Shown: positions 46,175 to 58,218 of the stretch, in pieces
Position numbering within the stretch: position 1 is the stretch's first letter
Layout of the letters: each line of letters opens with the position of its first letter
DNA from: Azolla caroliniana
Taxonomy: Eukaryota > Plantae > Polypodiophyta
Reading direction: 5' to 3'
NCBI GenBank assembly: GCA_043228905.1
Contig: JBHGNT010000012.1
Span: 19,840,001 to 19,904,000 of the forward strand
Length of the DNA stretch: 64,000 nucleotides
Program-made: the position numbers and the translations under genes
Notes under the pieces: model-generated
The model's input: the letters and a program-made list of their open reading frames with translations, nothing else
Told to the model about the DNA's origin: nothing
Database searches by the model: none

Positions 46175-47699
46175 TAGATGGAGATCCACTCACATTGACA
46201 TTAACTAGGCTAACATATAACATATAAATTATACATCAATCAATATTGGCAACCTAATGTCTAGGTAGCTTCTGAAAGGGAGTCCTACGCACTTGGTGGC
46301 CCATATAAAAAGGACCCTCTTGTACAAACAAAGCTATAATTTGGAAACAACACGTAACATGCATTGACAATAGAAGTAAGCAATCCATTAATTTGAGCCA
46401 TCATGAAACTATATATGTGTGTATGTGACACTAAAAAACAATCTACATTCATAAACATATTATTCTTTCATAAAAGTATACACATAAACATATTTTGTTT
46501 AAACATGTGTGCATATCCCTATTTCATATTGATAAGTGTCTATTATTGTGAAAAATGTACAAGGTATACCACATTATTTCTAAACTAGAAATAATGTGAA
46601 TCTAGCTTTTAGATGCATACTATGGTGATATATTGTGTAAAATATATCTAACTTCCATTTGTTAAAGGCACAATATGGAAGCATCACTTTTATATTACCA
46701 CAAGAAATTAGATAATAAACCAATTTTGTATACACAACGATGTTATAGCTATAAAGATTGTGCTTTGTAATCTTACAGTTATGGGTTTCAGACTATAAAC
46801 GACGGGCCTAATATTAACTTCCTCATAAAAGATATTCATGACTTTTTAGTCAGAGATCATGTATATGAACAGTTTGCTCACACTTTTCTCCTGAAAAAAT
46901 ATGTTTACGAATTAACTTTGCACAACCCGAAGTTTGAAAATGATGGCATTGCATTAAAAAGATGAGTATAAATGACAAACACTAAGGTTTCTTCCCTTTT
47001 CTGTTGAGCATAAACAAGATGATTATGTTAGAGAATAAATGGTACATATTGGTGGCATGATTTAAAGGGATCAGCTCACTCACTTTAGGTTGTATTCATG
47101 GGTGGCAAGCTTTGGAATTTAAATTGACATTTCAACTGCCGACTTTGTGCCAAACCTTTCCTGTTCTAAACAAAATGGTACAATATCGAAAGGCACTTTC
47201 AGTTATTTGGCTGTATTTTTTTGTCTTCATAAATTCTTCGTCAATGTGGACAACCAACTAAAGCTACATCCCGTACATTTATATAATCCCTATAGTTTTT
47301 ACATGAAAAATATCTATATGAAAATGTATCAGGTTCTAAAATGTTGGAGAATGATCTAAAATCAACGTTTAGGTAGTATTATCGTACCCACAAACCTAGG
47401 AGAAAATATTCTAGCCAAGAGACAGCAAATGCACTATGTAAATTTTGGAGAAAGGGAAGACGTTAGATTAGAGGGCTTGAGCCATGAGGATCATCAACCT
47501 GAGAGACTGAGAAGAGAGAGATAACTAAATGTAACTTATGATTAATTATTGATCTATTCGTTCCATCGCGCACGACAATGAGAATTCTCTTATAGACATT
47601 TTTTCAACCAATTCCCCTTAATTCGTAAGGTTCACTTATGTAATATGATCTTGGATACAATAATGTGCTCATTGCCAACCAAGTTAGTATTTTAGAGGT

Positions 47700-49240
47700 G
47701 TGTTGATAGTAATGGTAACTCTTATAGCATTTATGTACATATTGTAAAAACCTATACAGCCATATGGCAAGATGATGTGCTATGGCTCATTCTCTTTCAT
47801 ATATGCTTCCGTCATTACTACTGAGCATAGATTTGAATGATTTAAGAAAGTCAGTCTTGCGCAAGGAACAAATATTGAAGTTAGCAAGCCCAAACATAAT
47901 GGAGAAGGAAATACATGTATTGTTCAATCTTGCATTGCAACATGGCCTGTTCCAAGATTGGAGCACAATCTTGATCAAAACATAAAGGATATAAAAATAT
48001 AAACAACTATGACAACCGATTTTTATTCTTTTATGGCAAAAGTTTTTTGGGATGTGTAATGGAAACAACATGGGTTGAAGAGAACCAAAGGGCATATGGA
48101 CAAGAAAGTTTTGGAAAATATCATTTCACAAATCAATCATTATCTCACTCTTTGTGTTCTAAGGGAAGAAAGTTGTTGGAAAGATTAATGGCTATAGTGT
48201 TGCTTTTTAGACTTTAATAAAACATTTCATAAGGTGCCTCTCAAGCATATTTAGAAATCTATGGAAGAGGTACAAACTGAATACACACTTGTAGTTTCTC
48301 ACATCCATAAGAAGGTGATATGTCATGTACATACATAGAAGATAGAATTCTAGAATCTTTCACTAGAACACGTTGGTGTTACGCAAGAACCTCCACTCCC
48401 ACCCAAATTCTTTAGGTTGCATAGATAAATTTGACAAAAGTTGGTAAGTTTGTACAACAAGATAGTATTGAAGAGATTTCTGTTAGAAATGTTTTCATCA
48501 TGCTTGTGTCACTACACATATAGTATGGTGCTCTTACCAAATGGCAAATACTTTTAGAATATATACAAAAGGATGCGAGTCTCATTTTCGTTCATAGTAA
48601 GTTGAGTACGATCAATATCTCTAAAATAAATGTAATGCTTAGAAAGGCATTCCATAAGGATAAACTATAGATTATGTATAATAAGGAGCCACCTGAGATT
48701 GTAAAAGCTTCAAATACCTTCGCCACCACCAAAGCATAGATGGAACAAATGTGCTACTCACCAATTGGATGTTCTCTCTCTCTCTCTCTCTCTCTCATTA
48801 CGAATGGGACGCTATTCACCAATTGGTAATGAGATAAGGTTGGTCTCAATATAAGGCAAGAATGCCTATTGATCATAACCAACCTTATCTCATTACCAAT
48901 ATGAGTAGTAATAAAGCCCTCACACTACATCACACTAGATCTCACAACTTACAAGCTAGGTATTGAAGTTGAATCATGGTATCAAAATGTAACAAATTTG
49001 AAGGCATATACAACATGCAATGAAGGCATGGTAGAGGATAAATGTCACTTGCTCTTCGCATGCTCGGCATATAGCGCAGTTCGTTCAAGATATGATAAAA
49101 TATTAAGACTTAAGTGCCATACTTAAGACACCACCTAGAAGGTTGAGCTCATATGTGTATGCTTGAGACATTGTGTTTCAATGTACGAATACCCCTTTTT
49201 AGGAAGGAGACACATATCAAGAACACAGTTACACATGTAT
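47700..49240 (+). mobile_element. Degraded non-LTR retrotransposon (RTEX/CR1-group-like) fragment
   Basis: RT N-terminal-like E.LK...VLFNL...G.F.DW (47782-47985). The 3' part is homologous to 55740-56140 on the opposite strand. Confidence 0.55.
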
Positions 49241-52200
49241 ACTCTAGTCCCATAGGTAAAAACTAACCTCTTTATGGATGATAAATTTTTTTCTAATTTC
49301 TAATTTCTAATTTTTCTTTGTGCAACACATCACAGAGTGAGTGAAAAAATGAAACACGTCTCTAGTGAATGCATCCCAACCAACCAAGTCATCTTCTCTC
49401 TTCGACACCACAGTTAATCGACTCAACTTTTACTTCAATTTTGATTCCTAACTTCTCAAAGGGACCAACTTAAACACATTGGTGACAATGTATTGTAAAA
49501 CTTATTAGCTATAAAGGAAGAGAATCAATGCTAGCCTAGAACTTTATTTTGAAAAGGAAAGCAAATACAAATCGACATGAATGTGAAATTTTATTATTTC
49601 ACAGTCATATAAGGATAGATCCTACACCTCAATCCTTTGGTGTAAGCATGGATCACCATCAATGGAACATGATGCCTAATAAGGACAAGAGAAAATATGG
49701 ATGGAGAGCATTTATAAAAGACTTACATATATAAACCTGTAATGTTTGAATAACGTGCCAAAGAAACAAATTATACTAGATGTGCCTTGTATGAATTTAT
49801 CTCTACCTATGTGTGTGTGTGTTGCATTTAATGTGCATTGCTAATTGCACATAAGTCCTATATATTGGCATAGGTACATCAAATGGCTTAATTTCTTACA
49901 ATTTTCTGCTAAATATTATTACAAGATAGTTTTATATATGTTTTCTAGAATTTGTAGACATTAATCCTATACTGGTTCAATTTGTCATTATATTTCGTAA
50001 ATATCTTAGTCATTTCATTTATATATTGATAGCTAGGTTGTTCCTTTCATTATACAATGTAGGTAGAAAAGGGTGTGAATAATCTTTGTAAGGTTCACTA
50101 GAAGTATGACTTGTATATAAAGATTAAGTTTTCTTGATCTTCACATTTGAGCTAAATTTTATAATAAGGTAGCTTATTAGGCGATCAATATAACAACGTT
50201 CTTATGAAATTTATTCTTATGCTTGTCATTTTGTTCTTAACATTAAGCTCACTACGTTTATTTGTTTGGTTTTGACTTCATGTCGGAGTTTGCAAAGGTT
50301 CACGTGTTGAGTATGTATTCTCAAAGTACGTTTGTGCACATGACAAGCGGATTCATTTGAATATAAATTAAGGAGGTTTCTCGAACCTTAATAAATCCTT
50401 GTTTGCAAAAAATAGCTAGTTATGTGAACCTATTCAAAAGATTTATCATGTATATCCTAAAATTTGATGGTCACACTATCTACATGTCATGGATCTTGTG
50501 TGAAGAATTAGTTGCAAACAAATTTTATGTTTGCCTTTGTTGTATAATCATTCCTTGTGTAGTTTGTGATCAAGGCAAGTGTAAATACCTAAATCCACAA
50601 TGATCTAATGTCGATGTAGACGTCACATGCCATTGCGATGCTATGCCTACATGTAAACAATATTATTTTGCACGATCGTGGTTTAGTTTCTTTGAGAATT
50701 AAGAATGAACTTTACAAGCTATGAATAAAATCTATTTCTGGATTTCAAAGGTGAATATTTTCAAATAGATCAACAATAAGATATGGATGTTTATAGGTCT
50801 TTCTTCTATAAGCCACAATTCAAAATAATAACCCCAAAAAACTTTGGCATACAAACATGGAAAACAAAAGTTATGTCTAAATTAAATTTGTCCTTTTGGA
50901 AGTGGTTGGGCACTTATTTGAATATGAGGATAGCCATGATGATGGCACATAATGAGTTTCTATGATTGACCAGAAATACTCTTTGATGTCATTATAGGCG
51001 TGGGTAGGACGACATCTAGGTCAAGCTTATATGCAAGGTTGTGGTCGGGGAAGGACCAAAAGATTCATGACTACGGTCAGGTGATAGATACATCCAAATG
51101 AAGAACAGGTACAATTATCATAATGGGTCACAACTTAAAGAAAAAACCAAGTGTTGTAAAAGTTTATGTAAGTGAGGCCTACCAAGAGGTAATGCAAGGA
51201 CGAAGGCAACAAAAACATGATAGCAAATGTCACGAAATGCATACTTACAGAAGGTGGGAGGTTTACATGCGACAAACAAACACACCCACAAAATACCAGA
51301 TATGAAAAGACAAGTTTTCGATGGCAAGATACAAATACACATAAAAGGACTTGGCGTGTACGCAAATGAAAAGGCGATAATGGTCAAGGCTTTTTTGGTG
51401 TGAAGAGAAGATTTTGTGTAAAAGTGTGGTATGCAAAGATCGGTTTGGTTTGGGTGTCACTATTATCTACTCAAGATTCAATCATGTGTTTGCTTCATAC
51501 GTAGAGATAGAGATGTGTATGCCCCACTACATGCACACATTGTCATTTCAATGTTGCTTTACAAAGAAAAGTTTCCGTATTGATTTTCTTCTCAATGAGT
51601 TCTTGTGATTTCATTGGCTTGAATTTTTGTTTTAGAATTGCATGTTATGGGAGATGGAAAACAAAAAAGTTTAAACTCTACGCAATCATTATTATTCATA
51701 CAACACACAGAGACAAGCAAAAAAAAGTTGATGTCATATTTTGTCGGTGACAAAACCACATTATTTGTCAGAATGGTTGGCTCTAGGCTAATAACAAGTG
51801 ATAAAAAGAAATGAAAAGAATGGTCGTCCATGTTGCGTGTTTTTCCTCTCTTTTTCTTTGTGTTTGTGACCTCATGGTCGGTAGGTACGCCTTCATCATT
51901 TCATTTATTTGTTTCCATGTAAAACTTACTACTCTTCATCCACATACATTTCTTCTCGTTGATTTTTTTAAACGTAGTTTGGACATATAATGCTAGTTTA
52001 GATTAATTAGTGCTATAATTATTATCTCTCTTGTATGATTACTTGAATTACACATCAAGCGATTGGACACTCTTGTCCGATGCATAATGCATTTGTGATA
52101 GGGCTCCAACAACCACACCTTGAAAATAAAACCCAATCCATGAAGACAAACATTGATTTTGTTTGTTCCAATCACCCGGTTGTAAATATAATCTTTTATA

Positions 52201-55200
52201 CGTATATCATGAGAAGCTATAAGTTTAAAATGGGAAGAAAAGCAATTAGCTCAACAGTTTATGAACCTAAAAGTAGAAAAGTAAGGAATAATTTCAGGCT
52301 AAACTTTAAATAAACTTATACTCCAAACCATTCCAATAAAAGTTTATTATTAGAATAACGGAGTAGACTCTAGATCATTACAGCTTGTTGTACGCAATCT
52401 ATAAAAGGATAAGATACAAGAATCAAACAATGTTAGTGTGCTAGTCAAAATACATACATCGATAGTTTTAAAAAATGACAAGTTGAGATAAAAAAGAATA
52501 AAGTGGAATCAAGTTCATAGAATCATCGATATGATGTATGATCATACTATATACGAAAAGGAAGGTCAAAGTGCGTTGTAATCTAAAACTTTCGAAGATA
52601 ATTGTATATTTCATACCAAACTTTGATTCTATTGGTTTCAGTGGGCCAGGGCATAGTATGAACCATACGTACCATACGTGCATTTTTGCATTCGAGAATG
52701 TTACAATCATTTGAGTATGGTAAACACCTGCGAAGTATAGTAAATACCATACTTTTGTATTCATTATTTATTATAAGGTAAATTTTTTTAAGGTAAAAAG
52801 TGTAAAGAAAAACATAAGACTGTTTTGATAACATACGCATTCATTTGCATTCGTAAGAAAAAAAAAGTTTGCTAATGCATTCAAGTATATTACGTACTAT
52901 GGGCAAGAGTGTTCTTTTACAAAACCATGTTTCATGTAAATAGCTTCAATGAAAGACGACAAACTTGGTTGAGAAGAGCCTAGGATTTTCTACTGTGAAG
53001 AATAAAAAAACTCCTATTTTATCTCTATTTAAACGACAGTTCCAATGAAAATGGATTCTAGTTCTATGTGAACTAGTTGTGCTGGCAAATCTTATGAAAT
53101 TGTTTCAAGTACAACGACCCATTAAATAAATGTCAAACAAGAATGCCATTTTGTAAAGCTCCCAAATCTTGTAAAAGGAACTATCAATGACTTTTAACAA
53201 TATTTCTACTTGAACATTTAACCAAATCTGCAATATTTCATCGTTTGCCATGTTCATAAAAGTTTAAACAATAGTCTATTTCTTTTTACTCCAAACGCCG
53301 ACAACAACCTCCATGATCAAATTCCATCAATATAGTATTCAAATTGTCTTATTTTGATATATTAGATTGATATTTATCATGCCAACCTTAACCATTTGTA
53401 GCTTTTGCCAACCCAAAGTTGCATCCAAACACACGAAGTGAAGCCATTGCCCCTTTGGCACATATTGTTACATATGCATTTCACTTTGTTGAAATTCTAA
53501 ACTTCAAATTTATAAACATGGTGGTGTACTAGTGAGGTTTGGACTTTCTAGTATCGATTAAGGTGGTGGAGTATATGTGTATAAATTGGTTTAAAGTTGC
53601 ATTCATTAGAAAAAAGAATATATGTATAACTTTAGTTCGACATCATGCACACTAAAACATTTCTATTAAAGATCGCTTTATTATATTGATAGATAAATTG
53701 GTCAAAGAACCAAGGGTTTAGGGTAATTGTTAATAAAAACTGACTAAACAATCATTATATAAGCATATAGCACATTTGTGTGCAACATACATAAATAATA
53801 ATAATTCAAGTAGGACATCTAAATCCAAATTGAGAAGCTAAATTTGGCATTCGGAATTATTCAAGAATGGTGGTGGAACTCTTCTTGGATCATTACATCC
53901 ATATAAAGAGACTATGATGGTACAATAAGGATTGCATAAGCTCATCACAAAGTGCCTTTCAAAAGGGTTTCATCTTTCACTTGCTTATGGATTTGATCCT
54001 TTATCTACCCTACCTCTCCATATATTACAAAAATTGTATTTCTCTTATAATATCTAATTATTTCTCGGCATACCTGCATTTGATGAGTACGTGTTCTTAA
54101 GTTAGGATGTGAGTTTTTTTTCGTGAAAGTGAGCTTTTAACCCAAGTTCATCCATTTTTGACAGTGTTATTTTCATCGTCGTGACCTATTTATGACCTAA
54201 CCCATCTCCAATTCATAACACCATATGATATATTTGATACATCCACAATCATCTAATTGCATATGCCCTTCCATCCCATAATCAACCACGTCATTCTCAA
54301 TCATACCTTGCAAAACTTCATCCACATCCCAACGTTTTTTGCTCACATGCATAATCTTGAACCCACCAAACTCAAGTTTTTGTCGCCATATCATGTGCCA
54401 TATGCTATATCATGCTAAAAATTGGTTGTCCCTATATTGTTGTCTCACTAGCACCACGTGACATTACATTGTCCCATATATTCCTTAATAGTACCTTGAG
54501 GCAATGGTATCGTTTTCAACCTTTACAATGTGGAAAGCTACTTTAAACAATACTATGACCCATATATTTCCCTTATACAAATGACATAATGTAGGCCTAA
54601 GGGTTGTGACAATTATAAATCAATGCTACCATAATTAGAACTAAGGTTAGTTATGTATCGTGAGTTAGGGCGTGACACCCGATAGACTGGTCGTGAATTT
54701 ATGTATAGAAGGATTATTAATAAAGAGTTAGCTTTTAGAACGTTAAAGAGAACTACCTTAATGTTGTTTGACATTAATACATTATTGGTAATGTCAATGA
54801 ATGGTCAATATACAAGATTTAAGGTGTCATGGATGATCATCTCCCCAAAAGAGCACATTTTCAAAAGCTCGTGTGCGATTTGAATAAGCTTGCAATCAAG
54901 CGTGAGAATCTCGCCATCATGTTTCTTTTTATCCTTTCTTTAGTTTCTTCTTGTAAACATGTCTTACACATTTGTTAGCTCATTAACTTAAAAAAAGACC
55001 ATGCTATCGACTCCTCTTTATATTGTGCACCAACGTGTTAATTTCGATAAGTTGCCCTTTTTTTAATCTATACTAGGCTATAAATTGCACAAGGGCATCT
55101 CTCTTATTTTATAGGTAAACGTGTCTTGTTTCTTATACACAATATCTCCCTTACATATAACCTTCGTTTAATGTACTTTGAAAACATGCCACGCATATGC

Positions 55201-55739
55201 ATCTCTTTTCCAAATGACATGGAATAATGATAATCATGTGACATCCATCGATTACACTACAAATATGCTAATATATGCATTTTTTAACCATTAAAAATAC
55301 ATATATAATGTACAAACCACATGTATTACACATGACAGAACACATGTTGTTTGGTGCCATCTAAACCATATAGACAAGTATACATATTTTTATGATTTTA
55401 AACTAACCATCTTTCTATAGCTTCTCCTTGTACAAACGCTCACGCATCATTTGTGATAGTGACAAACACGTTAATTATGGAAGATGGAAGTTGTATTTGC
55501 AATATAATACGAAAACCATTTTGGATGGATACTGGATATTTTTTATACACATCAAAATAGCCATATCTATATTGTCGAAAACAATATCTCTTTGGGTAGC
55601 TCTACCTTTGTGAATTGTGTAGTTGTCCAAGTGATTAGGGGAGGCATAACTAAGGGGCTTTTAATTGCACGACAAGAATTTAGAAAAAATTTATCGTCCA
55701 TAAAGAGGCCAATTTTTTGACCTATCAAACTAGAGTATA

Positions 55740-56140
55740 CACGTGTTCTTGATACATGTCCCCTTCCTAAAAGGTGTATTCATACATTGAAACACAAAGT
55801 CTTTATGTGTGAATACGACATACACAAATGAGCTCAACCTTTTGGGTGGTGTCTTAAGTATGGCACTCAAGTTATCACTCCCTCTTAATATGTCATCATA
55901 TCTTGAACAAATTGCATTCTATGCTAAGCATGTGAAGAGCAAGTGAAGTTCATCCTCCACCACGCCTTCATAACATACTTTACATGCCTTCAAATTCATT
56001 ACATTTTGATGCCATGATGCAACTTCGATACCTAACTTGTGAGATCGAGTGCGAAGTAATGTGACGGCTCTACGAGCATTACTACTCATATTGGTAATGA
56101 GATTAGGTTGGATACAATCAATAGGCATTATTGCCTTGTA
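55740..56140 (-). mobile_element. 3' end of the same LINE family (CCHC zinc finger)
   Basis: LRTRSHKLGIEVASW...CKVCYEGVVEDELHLLFTC. Shares agtgccatacttaagacaccacc with about 49113. Confidence 0.65.
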
Positions 56141-56147
56141 TTAAGAC

Positions 56148-57666
56148 TGTAAAGAATCGGGTATGATTCTTGTGTAGCGGACGAGATGTGTGTTATGTGT
56201 ATGTGTGAGAGGAATTAGAGGAGAGATGAGAGAACACAAGATAGGTAGAAAAAGGAATACTCACGAAGAAGGTGTATATTTCACAAGTACAATAAGCATT
56301 ACAAAATGTAGCATAATAAGGAGTCACAGCCGACTTAGTATGAAGTATGAGGAGAGTGCTTTATATAGAGTCACCCTCTCTCTTCATTAACTTAGAACAA
56401 CCAGTCTCTCTCTTGGGGAATATGAAGACTCATAGTCATGGGGAATATGTAACTCATTAGTTATGTGTCATAGAATATGATTCTATGAAACATAGTTAAT
56501 GTGTAGAGAGTAGTGGTGTGACTCTTGACATATGAGTAATCATAGATTCTCAAAAGGTGTGTTCACACGTTGTGCTATGTTGAGCTTGATTCTCAACACA
56601 CCCCCTCAAGCTCAACTTGGGTTGGTTCCTTTCGATTGATGTCTGCTTCGGTTGGTATCCGGTTCGGACGATCTCCAGTGTCCGCTTCGGCTCGTACCCG
56701 GTTCGGACAGTATCCCGTTCTCGCTTGTACTCCCCCTCAAGCTTGGCAAGTCAGGGATCGTCAATCCAAGGTCTGACATGAATTGCCGAAGCTTGTCGGC
56801 TCCTAAGGCTTTGGTGAAGATGTCAGTCGTCTGAAGATTCGTGTTCATGTGTTGAAGGTCGACATCTCCGGCATGTACGCGCTCTCGAATGAAGTGATAG
56901 TGCATTTCGATGTGTTTTGTGCGCTCGTGGAACACCGGGTTCCGAGCCAGATATATACTGCTCATATTGTTGCAGTAAATGGGAGTCAGATCCTTGATGG
57001 GGACGCCCAGATCCTTCAAAATCCTCTTGAGCCATACGGCTTCACATGCGGCTACGGTTGCACCCCTGTATTCGGCCTCCGTACTCGAAAGTGCGACGGT
57101 AGGCTACTTCTTACTACTCCAAGATATTGCTCCGCTACTGAGCGAGAAGACAAATCCAGAGGTCAATCGTCGATCAGCTTTGTAGCCTGCCCAGTCCGCG
57201 TCTGTGTACCCTTCGAGTCGTATTGGTGTGGCCGATGCATAGAGAACGTTGTAATCCATTGTGTCGCTCATGTATCGTAATACTTGCTTAGCGCAATCCA
57301 AGTGAATGTCACGTGGTTTTTGCATGAATTGGTTGAGGAGTCCGACTAGATAGCTAAGGTCGGGTCGAGTGATCGTGAGATAGATGAGGCTCCCGATCAG
57401 TTGACGATATTGGGTCGGCTCGCACTCGTCTGTGCCGAAGTCAACATCTAGTTGAGGTTTCGATCGAGAGGCGTAGCGACCGATTTGCACTCAGTCATCT
57501 GGGAACTTGTATAACAAGTTGAGAATGTAGTGCCGTTGAGAGATCATAATGTCGGCTGGAATCTGAATTACTTCGATGCCAAGGAAGTAATGGAGCTCCT
57601 TCATGTCCGTCATCTCAAATTTTCCGGAGAGGAGAGACTTGACCTTGTTGATGTCGACTAGACTTT
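56148..57666 (-). mobile_element. Ty1/copia element A, 3' part (RT/RNase H pseudogene and 3' LTR 56148-56598)
   Basis: FEMTDMKELHYFLGIEV, YRQLIGSLIYLTITRPDL, GYTDADWAG, NPVFHERTKHIE. PPT next to 56598. LTR ends tgtaaagaatc / gattctcaaca. Confidence 0.85.
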
Positions 57667-58158
57667 TGTTGGGAGACAGGTCCCTCCGGATGGAAAGGGA
57701 GAAGAACAGTGCCGATGAAGAGGAGTACCCGGCTACGGAGAGCCGGATGGTGCAGACCCGGTGAGAACCGGATGAGGAGTACCCGGCTACGGAGAGCCGG
57801 ATGGTACAGACCCGGTGAGAACCGGATGAGGAGTACCCGGCTACGGAGAGCCGGATGGTACAGACCCGGTGAGAACCGGATGAGGAGTACCCGGCTACGG
57901 AGGACCGGATGGTGCAGACCCGGTGAGAACCGGATGAGGAGTACCCGGCTACGGAGAGCCGGGTGGTGAAGACCCGGTGAGGAGTGCTCTCTGGATGAAG
58001 AGACATATTCGTAAATATGTCTCTGAGAGTCCATCGAGGTTATATTTGTAAATAGCCGAAAAGTCATATTAGTATAAATATGACTTAGGGCAAACCCTTT
58101 TTTGTGTGTGGTTGTCATTGTTGTTGGTGCAAGGAGAGAGAGAGAGCGTGTAACTATG

Positions 58159-58195
<37 letters not shown>

Positions 58196-58218
58196 GTCGT
58201 TGCCTCTGTTGTAACCGC
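57667..58218 (+). mobile_element. Partial LTR, probably the 5' LTR of Copia element B
   Basis: Begins tgttggg exactly where the Copia A RT breaks off. CCGG-rich like Copia B, with a TATA-like gtataaata and GA tracts. Confidence 0.55.
57721..57982 (+). repeat. 54-bp tandem repeat, about 5 copies, within the LTR
   Basis: aggagtacccggctacggagagccggatggt(g/a)cagacccggtgagaaccggatg at 57721, 57775, 57829, 57883 and 57937. Confidence 0.9.

Noticed and set aside
52652-52901. Possible MITE with catagta(t/c)g ends
   Set aside because: The inverted repeat is only about 9 bp and there is no convincing TSD.
49300-55700. Numerous 60-98-aa ORFs
   Set aside because: AT-rich intergenic DNA with no recognisable motifs or consistent exon structure.
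57491-58118. Repeat-containing proteins in several frames
   Set aside because: Translations of the 54-bp LTR tandem repeat.
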